Source of the DNA: Octopus vulgaris | Lineage: Eukaryota | Assembly: GCA_951406725.2 (NCBI GenBank) | Contig: OX597822.1 | Span: 3,844,001-3,908,000, forward strand | DNA: 64,000 nt | Direction: 5' to 3' | Part shown: positions 13,545 through 29,015 of the stretch, one piece after another | How the letters are laid out: each line of letters begins with the position of its first letter | Position numbering within the stretch: the stretch's first letter is position 1 | Program-made: the position numbers and the translations under genes | The notes under the pieces: model-generated | The model's input: the letters and a program-made list of their open reading frames with translations, nothing else | Told to the model about the DNA's origin: nothing | Databases searched by the model: none

Positions 13545-15890
13545 AGAGAGTGTATTTAGTATTTGTTCTCTGTAACATTATATCGCAGCCTTCGGTGAGG
13601 TATCAGGAGAGGAGTTCGAAAGAGCAAAGTGTAACCAGTCAGTCATCATTGCTCCTCAGTCCGTTCTGACTCGGTATGGCGGTAAGTGTCAAGGCTTCCT
13701 TTTATGCGTCAACGAGCCGAAAATGATACTGTGACTAAGGTGTAGACATGGAGGAAGGTTGGTCCCCTAGACATGTTTCACATAAATAAGCCTACTGCTG
13801 TAGTGATATCACGTGATGTCACGTGAACCAGTCTTCTTACCAAAGGGTTAAATAAGCGTTGTGCAACAGGGGCTATTTCGGGAGAGTAGGAAACTTACTC
13901 AGTAAACAGTTTTGAATCCTTCCGAAGGATCGCGAGTATCTCTAAAACAGGTATGATATACGAAGATTGTGGGAATATAAAGATCATTTGATGGGGCGGG
14001 GGTAATTTGATATACTCCTGATTTATATATACGTTACCAGTGTCACTAATTGCTTCTATTTATATACTAATCATAGCTAAATCTTACCATTTGAATAGAG
14101 TATTCCTCACTGAGGACGAACAATGAGATAGAACCATGTCTGCTACTTTCACCCTTTGGCATTAAGTGCAACATCCCCTTTCATCTGCTTCATCGTTATT
14201 TTCAAAATATTTCTATTCCCTTTGGCTAATTGTATTAGAGTTATCTCCCATCATAGCAGCTTTTAGATTTTATACGCTATAAGATGATTATTTTTCTACA
14301 AATTGCAGTCATAATCTAAATTAATTAAAGCTATTTCCCCTCACTATATTACATATGAGACACATTGTTGTACGCATACACGTAGCCTCCTGGTGAGTTA
14401 CTGAAGAATAATATCCACCCCATTCGTTCTCTTCCTTCGTCGCTATTTACGAACACGATGTCGTGTTGCAACTGTTGGTATATCTGACGTAATGCTAGAC
14501 TAGAATTACATAATATGCAAGCAACTACTATCACTACTACTAACAAAAGTAGCCAAAACAGCAGAAGCAGCAACTACTGCAGCGACGGTTGTGGTAGTAG
14601 AGGCGGTTCTGTTATTTGCCGCTGTAGATGTAATATTAATAGGGGATGGAAACGGTAGGGGATGGCAAGCAATGTTACCCAGTGAATTAATTACGAAGGG
14701 AAACAATATACGTGGCTCACACGCATGATTGCATTTAACAACTGGTCTGTGTGTCATGACTGGAACGGAGAACACGTATAATAATCATCCATTAGAACAT
14801 TTACTACACTTTCTGTAAAAATAATGATGTGACGCGTTAGCAGAGACGTTATAGCGTTAGAACAATTGTCTTGTAGTATGTTTGTTTCTTTAAAGAACGA
14901 TAAGTCATTAATGTCCCAGAGTCGGTGCGAGGCGATTATTAACAATCATAAAATAAGGTGAACTTGTGTTCAGTGAGGTGATGTTAGTATAAGCGTGTCG
15001 GGTAAAAAATACATCCATGGTGAAATAACATGATTTATTTCTTATCTTTATAGAAAGTAAAGAAGTTAGCGGCCATGAGTCTTTACAGGGCCTCCCAGAA
15101 GACAAAGAAAGAGAGAGAGAGAGAGAGGGGGGTGAGAGATGCTGTAGTGAAAACGGAGGCATTCGCTCGAATGCTTACAAAGATGTTGGTTCTGCTGTAC
15201 CTAACCAAGATACCCGATGGTGGTGTAAAACTGGATTATAAATGAAAAATTTTTTTTTCATCAACTGACGCTTTTGTCTGTGCAGAGAGCAACCCTTATT
15301 TTCTCAAATCCTGATTCTCCTCTTTGGTAATTGATTTTCTCCGATCCTTAAACATTGCAACTTTTGTTCTAGCCAACTCAATTTCTTTCCTGATTGACTT
15401 TATTGATCACTAAAAGTTTTTAGCATTTTACTAATTTTCTTTCCTAACTGGTTTCCTCGATCCCTAAAAATTTCTATCTCTGTTATAATGTACTAATTTT
15501 TCAGCTAACTGATTATACCTAAAATTTTCTTCTAATATAAATAAACATATTTAATCCCCCAAAATTTCTACCCTTGTTCTAATTTTCAAATTATTTCCTT
15601 ATTTCATATTTTAGTTTCTATTCTTGTTTCTCTATACCGAAAATATGTTCTGAGCACAGTGGCATTTAGAACGAATTATACGTAAAAGAAAATGTTAATC
15701 CTCTATCCATGTGGATGTTTAACCCTAAGCCAAGTCTAACCGAGCAAAATAATGGTCAAAAATATTAAACTGCTTTCCTTTCCATATTCTATATATCAGA
15801 ATGTATATAGCACTACATTATCTGATATTCCCTTCCTTTTGCGGGGCGGTTTGGTGTGACTGGACGACGAAGTGGTTACCTATTTGTAAT

Positions 15891-16280
15891 CATTGGAAGC
15901 ACTCCGTCGGTTACGACGATGAGGGTTCCGGTTGATCCGAATCAACGTAACAGCCTGCTCGTGAAATTAAGGTGTAAGTGGCTGAGCACTCCACAGACAC
16001 GTGTACCCTTAACGTTGTTCTCGGGGATATTCAGCGTGACACAGAGAGTGACAAGGCCGGCCTTTTGAAATACAGGTACAACAGAAACAGGAAGTAAGAG
16101 TGAGAGAAAGTTGTGGTGAAAGAGTACAGCAGGGATCACCACCATCCCCTGCCGGAGTCTCGTGGAGCTTTTAGGTGTTTTCGCTCAATAAACACTCACA
16201 ACGCCCGGTCCGGGAATCGAAACCACGATCCTATGACCGCGAGTCCGCTGCCCTAACCACTGGGCCATTGCGCCTCCACA
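15891..16280 (-). mobile_element. tRNA-derived SINE family D, tail type 1
   Basis: head TGTGGAGGCGCAATGGCCCAGTGGTTAGGG on minus; 12-bp TSD CCTATTTGTAAT at 15879-15890 and 16281-16292. Confidence 0.9.
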
Positions 16281-16929
16281 CCTATTTGTAATAGGGGGAG
16301 AGAATGGGTCGAAATGCCTTGCCTAATTGGCTTGTTCTTCTGTCCTATGATTTAAAGTTAGAGAAGAACAATTCTTGCTAAACCTTCCTTTGGTCGTAGA
16401 TTTCCTCCGCTTTATTTTATATTGCAGCATTTTATTTTCTTTCTTTTTATTTTACTTTATTTTACTTTGTTTTAAATTCAGTACGTCTTCTTTTATAGAA
16501 GTAAATAAAAATGGGGCATTTGTAGACAATTTGAAGAGAATGTGCATCATCAAGTTTATGTCTGAAAGCGTGTTTGCACAAGAATATCAATGATGCAAGT
16601 AACAACCACAACAACAAAAACAACAAAGTGGGATCCACTTTGTGATTACCCGACATACTTTGAATAACAGCAAAATCTCCCTTAATATCACTCACTACAC
16701 TTTGAAAACGATCGAAGAAAACATTAGATAATCTATACTGAGATATATTAAGTGTGAAGAAAATGTTATGGCTTTAAATGATCGCGAACCTAAGTGTGTT
16801 CGATCAGGGTTGATTCAGGCCAAACAACAATAGCTACACGGAATTTCTCTACCATTTTCAGCAACAGATCTTCTGACACGTGACGTTCTAGAAATAATTC
16901 CCAGGTATCTCTTAAATCATGGTCTACTA

Positions 16930-17164
16930 TATTTATTTCGTTATTGCCCACAGGGCGCTAAATATAGAGGGGACAAATAAGGACAGACAAAGGGATTTAG
17001 TCGATTACATCGACCCCAGTGCGTAACTGGTACTTACTTAATCGACCCCGAAAGGATGAAAGGCAAAGTCGACAACGGTGGAATTTGAACTCAAAACGTA
17101 ACGGCAGAAGAAATACCGCTGAGCATTTCGCCCGGCGTGCTAACGATTCTGCCAGCGCGCCGCC
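16930..17164 (-). mobile_element. SINE family C, full length
   Basis: reverse complement of the 9066-9287 type. Confidence 0.85.
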
Positions 17165-17789
17165 CATGGCCTATTATATTAGGATTTGATGAATAGAAGA
17201 GTTGTGGGCACCGCCTTACCTCCTGACTAAAACTTTATTTTTAAAAATGAACGAAAGAGACATTGCATAATATATGTAGTCTCAGGTATACTCTGCCTGA
17301 AAATATGACTTGGACGCTAAACCAGAACAAGAATTATCATCATTAACACCAACACCGTACGAAGCAACACTGGCCCTCCCATCCACCATTCCTATAGACT
17401 CTTACCAATAATAATAACAATAGCCTCATATGAATCAATAAAAGAAATATCGGCACCATAGGTCAATGACAGAACTTCTAAATCGATCTATTAGGTATGA
17501 TAAGCGAATTACTTCATATTATATCAGGAATAGACCCAATCGTCATGGATGAACTGCTATTGATATCATCTCTTCGCGATCGGGATTGACCTGGAGTTAA
17601 GCAACGGAATCATCATTGCCTTCAGTACCATAATGACTCATTTCTATGCTCCAAAATATTGCCAGGTACTACGACTGACAAAGCTAATTCTACTCGGCCA
17701 ACAGCTTCATGTACCTCTGCCAGAAATAGAATGCTAATAACCTATCAAAGTATCTGTATTATTCTGCTTATCATTTCATGGGTTCGAGA

Positions 17790-18490
17790 GTTGCTTCTTT
17801 AACGAACTTGTCTATGGAAAGATATCAAAGATATAATTGAAAACTTATAACAAAACAAGGATGATTGTTACTCTTTAAGAGACCTTAACTCTAGGATAAA
17901 ATATAAAACATAATCGAAATCTTTGGTATAATGAAATGAGGATTATTGCTACACTTTAAATAACCTTGTTATGGAACGAAATCGGGGATATAATGGAAAT
18001 CTTTGTCAATACGAATCCTGGACTATTGTTACGTTTTAGAAAATCATGTCTATGGAGCAAACTCAGAAAAATAATCAAAATATTTTTTTTTCATGAAGCC
18101 AGAATTATTGTTACACTAAACAATCTTCATGGAACAAAATCAGAGATATAACCAAACTTTTTGACATAATGAAAAGAAGGATGATCGTAACTCTTTGTGG
18201 AACTCTAACTATGGAACGAGATCAGAGACATAATCGAAATTTATACTTTGAAGAAATGTGAATGATTGTTGTGTTTAAGGATGATTACCTGGGAACGAAA
18301 TAAGAATCATAATCGAAATCTTTAGGATAATGAAAAAAGGAAGACAAGTTTAACTGTGGAACAAAATGAGGAATATAATAAATATCTTTGGCATAATTAG
18401 ACAAGGGCGATTGTTGCACTTTAAACAACCTTAACTATGAAATGCTATCAGAGATATAATCGGAATCTTTAATATAGTGAAACAATGTTA
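17790..18490. repeat. degenerate ~80-bp tandem repeat, about 9 copies
   Basis: motif like CTATGGAACGAAATCAGAGATATAATCGAAATC recurs near 17811, 17887, 17968, 18049, 18126, 18208, 18287, 18353, 18434. Confidence 0.75.
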
Positions 18491-20169
18491 TGAAAATTTA
18501 TAAATTTATGCATTAAATTAGAAGTAGGAATATTTATAAAACGTGGAATTTCCACCATTCCCTCGAGTGTTAATTAATAAATATTCTATGAATACCAATG
18601 CGTTGTTTCTAATTAAGAAATATTAATTTCTAACATCGCAGCAATAATGCACTTGACTGCGGAGAGAAGAATCGATTAAACCAAACACCAATATTTCACT
18701 GCCACTTAATTTATTGATCTTGGAGGGTTGAAATATAAAGTTGGATCGAGCAGGATTTGAACTCAGAAACGTAAAGGATCTCAACTGAACACAACAAGGC
18801 AAAGTCTCTCGTAGATTGATTCGTCGAAATTGACTTTTTCTTTTATCCTTTGGTGATCGAAAACGATAAATAACTGTAAAGTACAGAGGTCGATATGACT
18901 AACTTTTCCTTTCACCACTAAAAGTTGTGCTCCTATACAAAAATCATTCTCCGGTGGGCGATCAGAGAAAACGTTCTCGTGGTATTTATTTCGACTGCCC
19001 GCACTTAGACTTCAAATACGACTGAGATCAACTTTACTTTTTCATCATTTCGGGCGCAATAAAATAAAAACCAATCCAAGGTAGCTGATTGGCGGAAGTT
19101 CGAGAACGTCAGACCGGAAACCTGGCAGTATTTATTCCTGCTTTTTGTATTCTGAGTTCACACACCGCTGTGGCGTAGTTGGGTTGTAGCATTAATCAGT
19201 CAGCCGGCTTACCAACGCCACTGACTAGGATTCGTGAAGATTCTGAAAATATTCTAGGCATTGCCTCCTTTTTTCTAAATAAAAGGTGCAAAGACAAGCA
19301 AAAGTAAAACGTTGGTTTGTATAGCATTTACAATGTGTCTACCGATGAAGTACGACATTCTCTCACAGAAATTTCTCAAACAGACTTGTCTGCTAAAAAC
19401 AGTTCTGTGCTCTTTACGGCTGCATTAAGTGCATATAATATTTTTAACTGAAGATATTTAAAATGTGGTTCCTAATGCAGGCATAGTAGAATAGTTAAGA
19501 ACTTCTCTTTGTAGTAAGAATTTGGATTAGTTTCCATTGCGTGACATGTTCCTTAAGTATCTTTTACTAGTACTCCAGACCAACACGATGTTTGTGAATG
19601 AAACTCGGTCGGCGGAAACTGTGTGGAAGCCTGTTAGATTATTTGTACTTGTAATTCAAATGACCAGCCTCATCATGCTGTCATGATGATGATTCACCCT
19701 GTGAAATACGCTATAAACACATGCATTTCTGATATATTCTGCTACTTTCACGCTAATTCAATGACTAGACTGTTCTGCTGATCTAATAATTGGAATATTT
19801 ATCATCGAAACTGACGGAGATCCATAAGTATTTTTCTCTCTTTTTCTTAATTTACAGGAATGAACGAAAGACACATTGGATAATATATGTAAATCAATAA
19901 AAAACTTACATTAATTTTTTAAATACTTTTAAGTGACTGTAAATAAGATGGCGTTGAGCAGGATGCAATATAAATCACAAGGTCAGCTTTCAACACCGGT
20001 TTGTGAATATTATTTAAAATATTCACGAGATAACATTTAGGTAGAGATAAGTGGGTGCAAGTTGGCTAAGTTGTAAGAACGCTCAACAGAATTACCTTGC
20101 AGTACTTATTCCAGCTGCTTGCTCTTTGAGTTCAAATTTGCCATTTAATATTTCAGAAGTGATATAAGG

Positions 20170-20590
20170 TTGTGAACAGGCAGAATCGTTAGCAAGTCGG
20201 GCATAATGCTTAGAATTCAATTTCCGCCGAGGTCGACTTTGCCTTTCATCCTTTTGGTGTCGGTAAATTAAGAGCCAGTTGAGAGTGGGGTCGATATAAT
20301 TAACTTAAACCCTCACCCGAAATTGCTGGCTTTGTGCCAGAATTGTAACCAATATTTCAGGAGTGATAAAGTCCCAATTCCAATAATAATCTTATCTACT
20401 ATAGGTACAAGGCCTGAAATTTCTGGGTAGAGGATAATGGAATACATCCACCCTAATATTTGACTAGTACTTTAGTTTTTCAATCCAGAAAGAATGAAGG
20501 GTAAGTTTGACCTGGGCGGTATTTCAACTCGAGTCGTAACGAGTCGGAAAAAATGCCACTAAACATTTTGCCCGAGTCGCTAACGATTTC
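20170..20590. mobile_element. tail-to-tail pair of degenerate SINE family C copies
   Basis: plus copy ~20170-20350, minus copy ~20385-20590. Confidence 0.65.
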
Positions 20591-22158
20591 CAAATAATCT
20601 TGCAGTTCTCAAAAAAAAAAAAAAGAAAAGAGAAAAATAATAAAGGATAAATAAAAATTGATAATTCTATGCAATTGTGTACAGATATATATTTACGCAT
20701 CATACATATTCGAAATTAAACTAAGAATAATTACTCAGAATATCACAATTATAAAATAATATGTATTACTGGTAATTACCAAATACTATTTTTTAAAATA
20801 ATGCCTATTTGATAATTAATGCGTTATTTCAATGAAATAAAACATTATAGATTGTCCCAGATTTTTGCTGCAGATTTTTACTAACAGCCTGTTTCAATAT
20901 ACGAAATACAACTATAAATAACATATTCCAAAAGATATTTAAGTTATTACATTAAATTACACAGGATATCCTAATTATATGATGTATATTCTAAAATATC
21001 GGAATGCTATTGAAAATAATACCTACTTAAATAAATAAATATGACTGTATAATAGCAATCTTGGAGAATAAACTTATTGTTATTATAAGTCATGGTTTAA
21101 TATTATTATCGTTCCGATGTGTAACTTGACCAGAAAAATCTGTTTTCCAATAATAATGTTAGTTATTTTCTTGTGATACCCATTTAAATTATGAAATTAA
21201 ATTTCTCTCTGTTGATAGATATTTTCACAATGATAATGAATTCGCAATATATTATATAAATATTTTCAAAGAAAGCGATTATTATGAATGCACAGAAGTA
21301 AACATAGATATAAACCACTATTGTATTCATCTAATAATATTCATTTATACAATCAGTTACAATCATTACAATGAGATGGGATTATATAATATTGAATAGT
21401 GATATAATACCAGAATTACTGTCAACAATTTCCAATATCAGTTCAAAAAGTAACCGCGGCCGACCAGCGATAGGCAGACAAGCAGTTCCATTCCTATAGC
21501 TGATTCCAAGCATTGTTTAATCTAATGAGGCTCATCGTTCGATATATCGTGAGTTAATAATTGTCGTAGCTTGAAAAGCCTCTATAAGAAAGTGCCTTTG
21601 AGCAGTTTCTTCAGGAGAATACGCCACTAATTTTTAGAAACGTTTTTGTTTACTTGAAACAAACGAAAATTTATTCATTATGTTTATCTATCTATATGGT
21701 CAGATTCCAGTTTATGTGCTGTAAAATATAATACGCTGCTTCTCTGAAATGTTTGCTGTTACTAAATATCAGCTATAAAAATTCAGTATAATTTTCAGTC
21801 TATTTGTCTTTAACGATAATAACAAAATATGTTACTCTTTAAAGCTCAGAAAGAAATATACAATGTAGTACTATACAAAAACCAGTTAAAGCAAAACAAA
21901 ACCAGTTAAGTAAAGCAGATAATTCCAGTTACTACATGTCTGAAAAGAGTATAGTTTAAAATATTTTTCAGTAATTGATCATGTCTCTAATAATACATTT
22001 TCACATAAATCTCTATTATTAATAAAGATGACCCGTAAAATCTCAGGATGATATTGTCTGCTATATGTTTACAGACATAACAACTTATGTTAGCTGGCTG
22101 AAGCCATAGGAACCAAGTAATATAGTAATATGTTAAAAGAGTTAAAGTTTACAGTTCA

Positions 22159-22232
<74 letters not shown>
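22159..22232. repeat. (AAT)n microsatellite
   Basis: direct reading. Confidence 0.95.
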
Positions 22233-22234
<2 letters not shown>

Positions 22235-22554
22235 TATTTGTACAAGGTATCTAGTTCTAAGAGTTTTATGTAATTATGTGGTTAATGCCTAGAAAATATA
22301 CAGTAGTATATCATTTAACAATTTAGATTATAATCAATAAAATATCTTATATCAATACACCCAATCTTGCTTGGATATATTAGAGTTGATAGAATCGTTA
22401 GAATATATGAATGTCTCACAGAACGTGTTCTGACGCTTTACTTTGTAAGTTCAAATCCCACTGCAGGCAACTTTGCCTTTCGTCTTTACAGAATCGATAA
22501 ACATATCCAAGGAGCAGATATGGCAGATCTGTAAGAACATCGAAACAGATGCCT

Positions 22555-22966
<412 letters not shown>

Positions 22967-24534
22967 CGATTTTTACGTCCTGAGTTCAAATCTCTCTGTT
23001 GCAAGCTTTCAAACCACATCTTCGGCTCCCTCCCACAAACTTTGGAATCCCTTTACGAATTCATGGACACTGCGTTCCTTTCTAACAAAACGATAAAAAG
23101 AATAATCCAACCATATGACTTTACTCTATTTTAAATGAATTTCTTTCAAAATTTGCTTCCTGACAATCATTAGTTGGCCAGGAATACAGATTTATTCAGA
23201 ATCGTTCCATTCAATCAATTTCAAATATGATTTTAGTTGAGTTTCATAAAACTGAACTCAGAACGTAAAGACAGCTCGCTTCCTTGAACATCTAAATTAT
23301 CGTGTAACTTGCAAAACATCACAGTGATACATGTAGCCTCAACGTCATTCGCTGATGGAATCAGCGTAATAAGGATTTGTATTATTGCTACAATTCACTT
23401 GGGAAAACTCTATAAAGTTTAGCTGCAGCAGATTTCTGTGACAAGGCATGAGTCCATCCGAGGCTTATAAAAATGATATTTGCCCAAGATAAACATGACC
23501 AGGTGATTGCACGGGTCTACATGATTGCGAAGGGACCGCAAAATTGCAAAAGTATCTTTTTAACCATTTGGTCCTACAGCACCTACATGCTTTTATCTGG
23601 GTTTGAATTTCAGTTATAGACACCTTTACCAGAAATCCGCAAATACTACGTAACGTCGTCATTCAATTAAATAATATATCGATACATAGATATTTTTTTA
23701 GTAATCTTAGGTAATTATTAGGTAAATATAATTGCTTTCGCGATATCCATAATTGTAAACGAAATATGAATAAGTTCTAAATACATATATTTAGGTCGCA
23801 CATCTTAGCATTAAATATTTTTTCTTTTTTTTTACAAATATGATAGGTTATATATAATTCGAGTTCATTGAGTTCGTTAATGATTAATTTCGTAACAATG
23901 ATTAATTTCATAATAATTTCTATTGTTTTCTTCTATTATAATTATCTATACAAAATTTGAAGCAACAATAGTTATTTCCACAGTTCACACTGTTTGTAAT
24001 ATTTCCATAATTAGGGATTTTTAGAAACATTTCAATTAAAGTTTATTCCGATATTTCTTAAAAAACATTTCAATACTTATTAGTTGTAATTTTTTGCAGT
24101 TTTATATAACATCGTCAAATGTTTGTTACAATACGCCACTAATTTTTTTGAAACGTTTTTGTTGAATTTATATATGTAGAATGCAAGAAGATAGTCGTGT
24201 TATTTGCTTTTCACATTTATATTTCTTTTTAGTCATTTTGAAGTTTAGATTAATACATGCTTAAATGCAAAAAAACTCCTCATCGTACACATATAGTAGT
24301 GTGTGTGCGAGTGTACGTGCGTGCATGTGGTGTGTGTGTATGTGCGTGCATGAGATGTGCGTGTGTGTGTGCATATATGGGTGGGATGCACGTATATATA
24401 CGATCAACGAGACTGGTGATTGTTTGTGTCGGCAGGACTAGTATCACTTAGTTAAATTGATAGAGTACGTTGAACTCATCTCAGAGAAAAGTTGAAGAAA
24501 TTAGAGTCAAGAAGAAGGAGTAGGGTTGGACACT

Positions 24535-24571
<37 letters not shown>

Positions 24572-24574
<3 letters not shown>

Positions 24575-24732
24575 CGGGTTTATTTCAGTTGTCTCTACCA
24601 AATCCGCTCACAACGTTTGTTTGGCTCGAGGCTATAGTAGAAGACCCTTGACCAAGGTGCCACGCAGTGGGACTGAAACCGGAGCCATGTTGTTGGTAAG
24701 CAAGCTATTTACCACACAGGCACTTCTGCACA
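24572..24732 (-). mobile_element. SINE family A, 5' half
   Basis: reverse complement of 17-180. Confidence 0.75.
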
Positions 24733-25414
24733 TATTTGTAAAACTTTCCATAAGTTTATTATTTAAGTATATATGCCTATGTCTAGATATACAACTATAT
24801 GCATGTGAATACATGCATAAAGCAAGACATGCAAGTCTGCAGCTGCACTGACTCTAAATAGCGCACATTTACACACATATATTCCAAAATACCCGGATCT
24901 TTTCTGTTTGGTTGCCAACGGCTCCAAAAATTAAATTTACCCAACATTTTAAAATTTGGCACAATAGTACACTTGCGCAAATTAAGTTGCTGGAGTTATT
25001 TCATTGTTTCCAGAAAAATGTTTTTAAAAAAGTTATAGAGGTTTAAAGTTTGATTATTTTCACCCAGTCAGGAAACAGTATTTGGATGCAGTCATTTTGT
25101 GTGTGACTGCACACTTTGTCGTCAACATCAGGAAAATAGCAAGTGTTGTCAATATTTGTAAAAAAAAAATACCCACGTGTTATGTCTCCGATAATTTTCA
25201 TTCATGTAAATAACTCTTATTTAGCTGTTATTTTTAGCACACCTCACAACCACCTCAATGCTCACTGACAAAAAGAAACAAACATTAATCAAACAATTTA
25301 AATGTTTAATTACAATTTAAATATGCTTAAAAACCACACATTTAACTTTCGGTTTTAATCTTAAAAATATCCTCCTCTATTTTCAGTGTTTCCATACTAG
25401 AAGCGAAATTACTG

Positions 25415-25970
25415 GAGCTTGCAGACATAATCACACAAAACGCAGAACACAGCATCAAATTTGTCAGCACGTCCTTCCTCCAATATAATACCCTCCATCA
25501 GGCATTTGCCATATTCTGAACGCCTTACTTCCCTGGGCATGGATACATTGAAACTCCGACGTCTGGCAACTGACTTGGCAGACACCCATAAAATTATTAA
25601 CCATCTTACAAACAATAACTCTGAGCACCTTTTCAAACTCCACCTGTCTAACACTCGTGGATATGTTTACAAAGTCAGAAAACAGCACAGTTCCCATGAC
25701 TTTCGGAAACATTTTTTTCACGCTAAGAGTTGCTGAAGCATGGAACAAACTGCCGGCATCAGTTGTGGGTTGTCGGAGCACACTGCATCCTTCAAAACTT
25801 CCATGCTTCCCGAGATTCGCAACACTACATCTGATTTCCGCCCACCCCCCATACACACGCAAGTATGCATCTGACTCATACACTGTTCGCTTTCCAGACA
25901 TTTGTACTTTTGACAAGTTGTGGTACAGCTGAGCACTGTATACAATAATTTCATTATTATTATTATTATT
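25415..25970 (+). mobile_element. 5'-truncated CR1/L2-clade LINE 3' end
   Basis: LPYSERLTSLGMDTLKLRR...NTRG...RKHFF, then after a frameshift LRVAEAWNKLPASVV; ends in (ATT)n. Confidence 0.85.
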
Positions 25971-27471
25971 ATAAAAGACTTTCCAAAGACTGCTCGGATT
26001 CGTTTGTTACTATGGCAACAGTCACGTTGAGAGACAAAAGAGTTCTCATGTTCCGCTTCTTAATATCGAAATAGCCATGAATATGTCTGTGGATTACGAC
26101 TGCTATAATTACCAAAACATTCGAACTTCAGTTACTAATAACTCTTTATTTATTGATTTATTGCGAAAATTACATTCACGTGATTAATTAGCCTATAAAA
26201 GTGTATCATTATAGTGAATATGAAAACGATTCAAACAGAAAATTGACGCTAGCAGCCGCTGGCGACCAAACAGAAGAGGTGCAAATACCTTGTTAATGAA
26301 GGAGAATTGGACATAGGTTAGAAAGCGACTACTTCTCTATTGGCAAGAAATCTTGAAATAAACTGAATAGTGACACACAGACATATACACACACATATAT
26401 ACATACATACATATTTGCAACATACATACATACATACAGTAGATATATATTCAATTTCAATAAATAACACAAAGATCGGGGTTGTATTTAACAAATTTTG
26501 GGGGTGTATCCCCCCTTAGCGAAATCAAAACTAGTAACCTTATCGTACATATTAACCAGAATATGAAATTCAAAAAATATTATTTGTTTGCTTTTAATTC
26601 AACTATATTAATATCTTCAACACTTGAGATGTAACCACATATATTTTCATAACGTCGTTATCGCTCTCCTCCCCATGAATTAGACATTTCTGATAAGGTT
26701 TTCATTAATTCTGTTATTTTATTCTGAAATATTCTGGAATTAATTTAAAATTTTATGTTTCCCTGTTAGTTTTGTGCTTAAATTTGATTACAAATGACAA
26801 AAAAATTGCATAGCATTCTCACAAAAACTACGCCTTCTTAGCAATTTTCCTACAAATTAAATCCGAATCTATCCATAGGAAATATATCTTTGAAAGGACT
26901 GTTGGTGATTTTAACACTTATTGCCTAAAGCGAACAATTTTCCCGACGGCAAACAGTGAATATTTGTCTTTGTACAGGTCATGTATGTCACAAACGTTTA
27001 AACTGATCTAAATGGTTGTTTACTCACTGCATAGCTTTAAAGTGACTACTACCATCTCCGATACTATATTTAATCCAAACACTGCTATATATATATTGAT
27101 ATGATTACATTTTCTAACTATTATTGTGAACTATCGCAAAGGGGTGCTTAATTTATTAATTTTCTTTTCTGCTTTTTGTCTTTTCTTTTAATCATTTTTG
27201 TTCATTAAATCGAGTCGTTCAGATTTCCGCCATACTTCACTGATAAAGAACCCATGTGGGGCTCACTTGCTTTCTTAATTTTTATATTTTAGTTAAACAA
27301 GTAATTAACTTAACAAGCATCTAGAAGTACGTGTCTGTATCAGCATTTTATATACAGGTCATTGACCTAGCTTTCGTATTTCAACTAAGTTTTGAATTTG
27401 TTTTTCGAAAATGATTTTATAATTAAATAGTATAATATAGCATTAGGTTTTTCATGTAGTGTACTTCTTAT

Positions 27472-27740
27472 ATTTATTTCTTTATTGCCCACAGGGTGCT
27501 AAACATAGAGGGGACAAACAAGGACAGACAAACGTATTAAGTCGATTACGTCGACCCCAGTTTAGTCCCTTGTGGGTAATAAAGAAATAAGTATTTCGTC
27601 CGTCTTTACCACCGAGGTCGACTTTGAATTTCATTCTGTTAGGGGACGATAACATAAGTACCAGTCGCAAAATGAGGTCGATATAAGTCACTCAAACCCT
27701 ACCCCGAAATATCTGACCTTGTGCCATAATTTGAAACCAG
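27472..27740. mobile_element. rearranged SINE family C pieces (inverted tail plus tail-body junction)
   Basis: minus-strand tail 27472-27560, then plus-strand tail joined to GTATTTCG body at ~27590. Confidence 0.7.
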
Positions 27741-28064
27741 TATGTTTATTATCAATTAGGGTAAGAAGAATTGACGAACTTTCGATAAGGAAACGTTCCA
27801 TTTTACATTTACTTATGAAATATAATTCATAACGACTATTTCTGATGAATTTCAAGTCCCTCTTGTGGCCTCAATGACAAATATATCTAACAGTCACTTA
27901 GTACATTAATTCACAGAATACAGGGTCCTGTAGTAGTCACTGTTTCTTGTACAAATATCCAATTTTGAATTCAATCTGTTACTAGAAACTCGAATCTAAT
28001 GACTAATTAAGTGTCTAATATATATATATATATATACATACATACATATATATGCATACATACT

Positions 28065-28101
<37 letters not shown>

Positions 28102-28371
28102 TCAAAATGTGTTTGTACCTAAATGTGTGTGTGCGTGTACAATTTGAAAAAGAATATAACTTTAAATGTTTATATATATATAGGAGTAGCTGTATGATAA
28201 TTAGCTTGCTTACAAACCATATGGTCCCGGGTTCAGTCCCACTGCGTGGCACCTTGGACAAGTGTCTTCTACTATAACCTCGGGCCGACCAAAGCCTTGT
28301 GAGTGGTTTTGGTAGGCGGAAACTGGAAGAAGCCCGTCGTATATATATATATATATATATATACAAAATTT

Positions 28372-28650
28372 ACTCCGAAACAAAAAAATTGTCGATAACC
28401 ATTAAATTTATCCGTCTCAAAACAAACCGATAGAAGTCTCTAAAAAATTTGTTATTACCGTATTGGTCCAATTTCGGAGTTAATTCACAAGAAATTTTCC
28501 CCTCTTCAGCGGCAAATACGCGAGATATAAATGAAATACTTACTCATACCCATAGAAGAATACGGTAATAACGAATTTTTAGAGATTTCTATCGGTTTGT
28601 TTCGAGATGCATAAATTTAATGGTTATCGACAAATTTTTGTTTCGGCGTA
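28372..28650. repeat. ~92-bp imperfect inverted repeat, part of a DNA-transposon-like insert (~28360-28785)
   Basis: arms ~28372-28464 and ~28559-28650. Confidence 0.75.
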
Positions 28651-28785
28651 TCTGGCATTAGAATTTTTTTCTGCTCTTATCTTGGAAATTATGTATAAAT
28701 TTTACCTTTAAAGGCATTTTTGATATGGTGGCCATTGATAAAAAAAATTTTTTCCCGAAAAATTTGTTATCGTATATCAATTATT

Positions 28786-28822
<37 letters not shown>

Positions 28823-28891
28823 GTAGGTCCCGGGTTGATTCGGGGTTAACCACAGTAAATAAGGTACTCAATACATAGCAGAGTAAAATTA

Positions 28892-29015
28892 ATTTATTGT
28901 ATAGAAGGAGCTTCTACAGGACTAGAACTGTTTCATTCAAGAGAAATCTTCAGGAAGCTCTGAAGATTTCTCTTGAATGAAACAGTTCTAGTCCTGTAGA
29001 AGCTCCTTCTATACA

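Noticed and set aside
14349-14945. Cluster of short minus-strand ORFs in non-repetitive DNA
   Set aside because: Low complexity, no domain similarity and no convincing splice pattern
17246-19891. 33-bp direct repeat AATGAACGAAAGA(G/C)ACATTG(C/G)ATAATATATGTA at 17246 and 19859
   Set aside because: Similar degenerate sequence occurs near 16715, so it is probably a fragment of an old dispersed repeat
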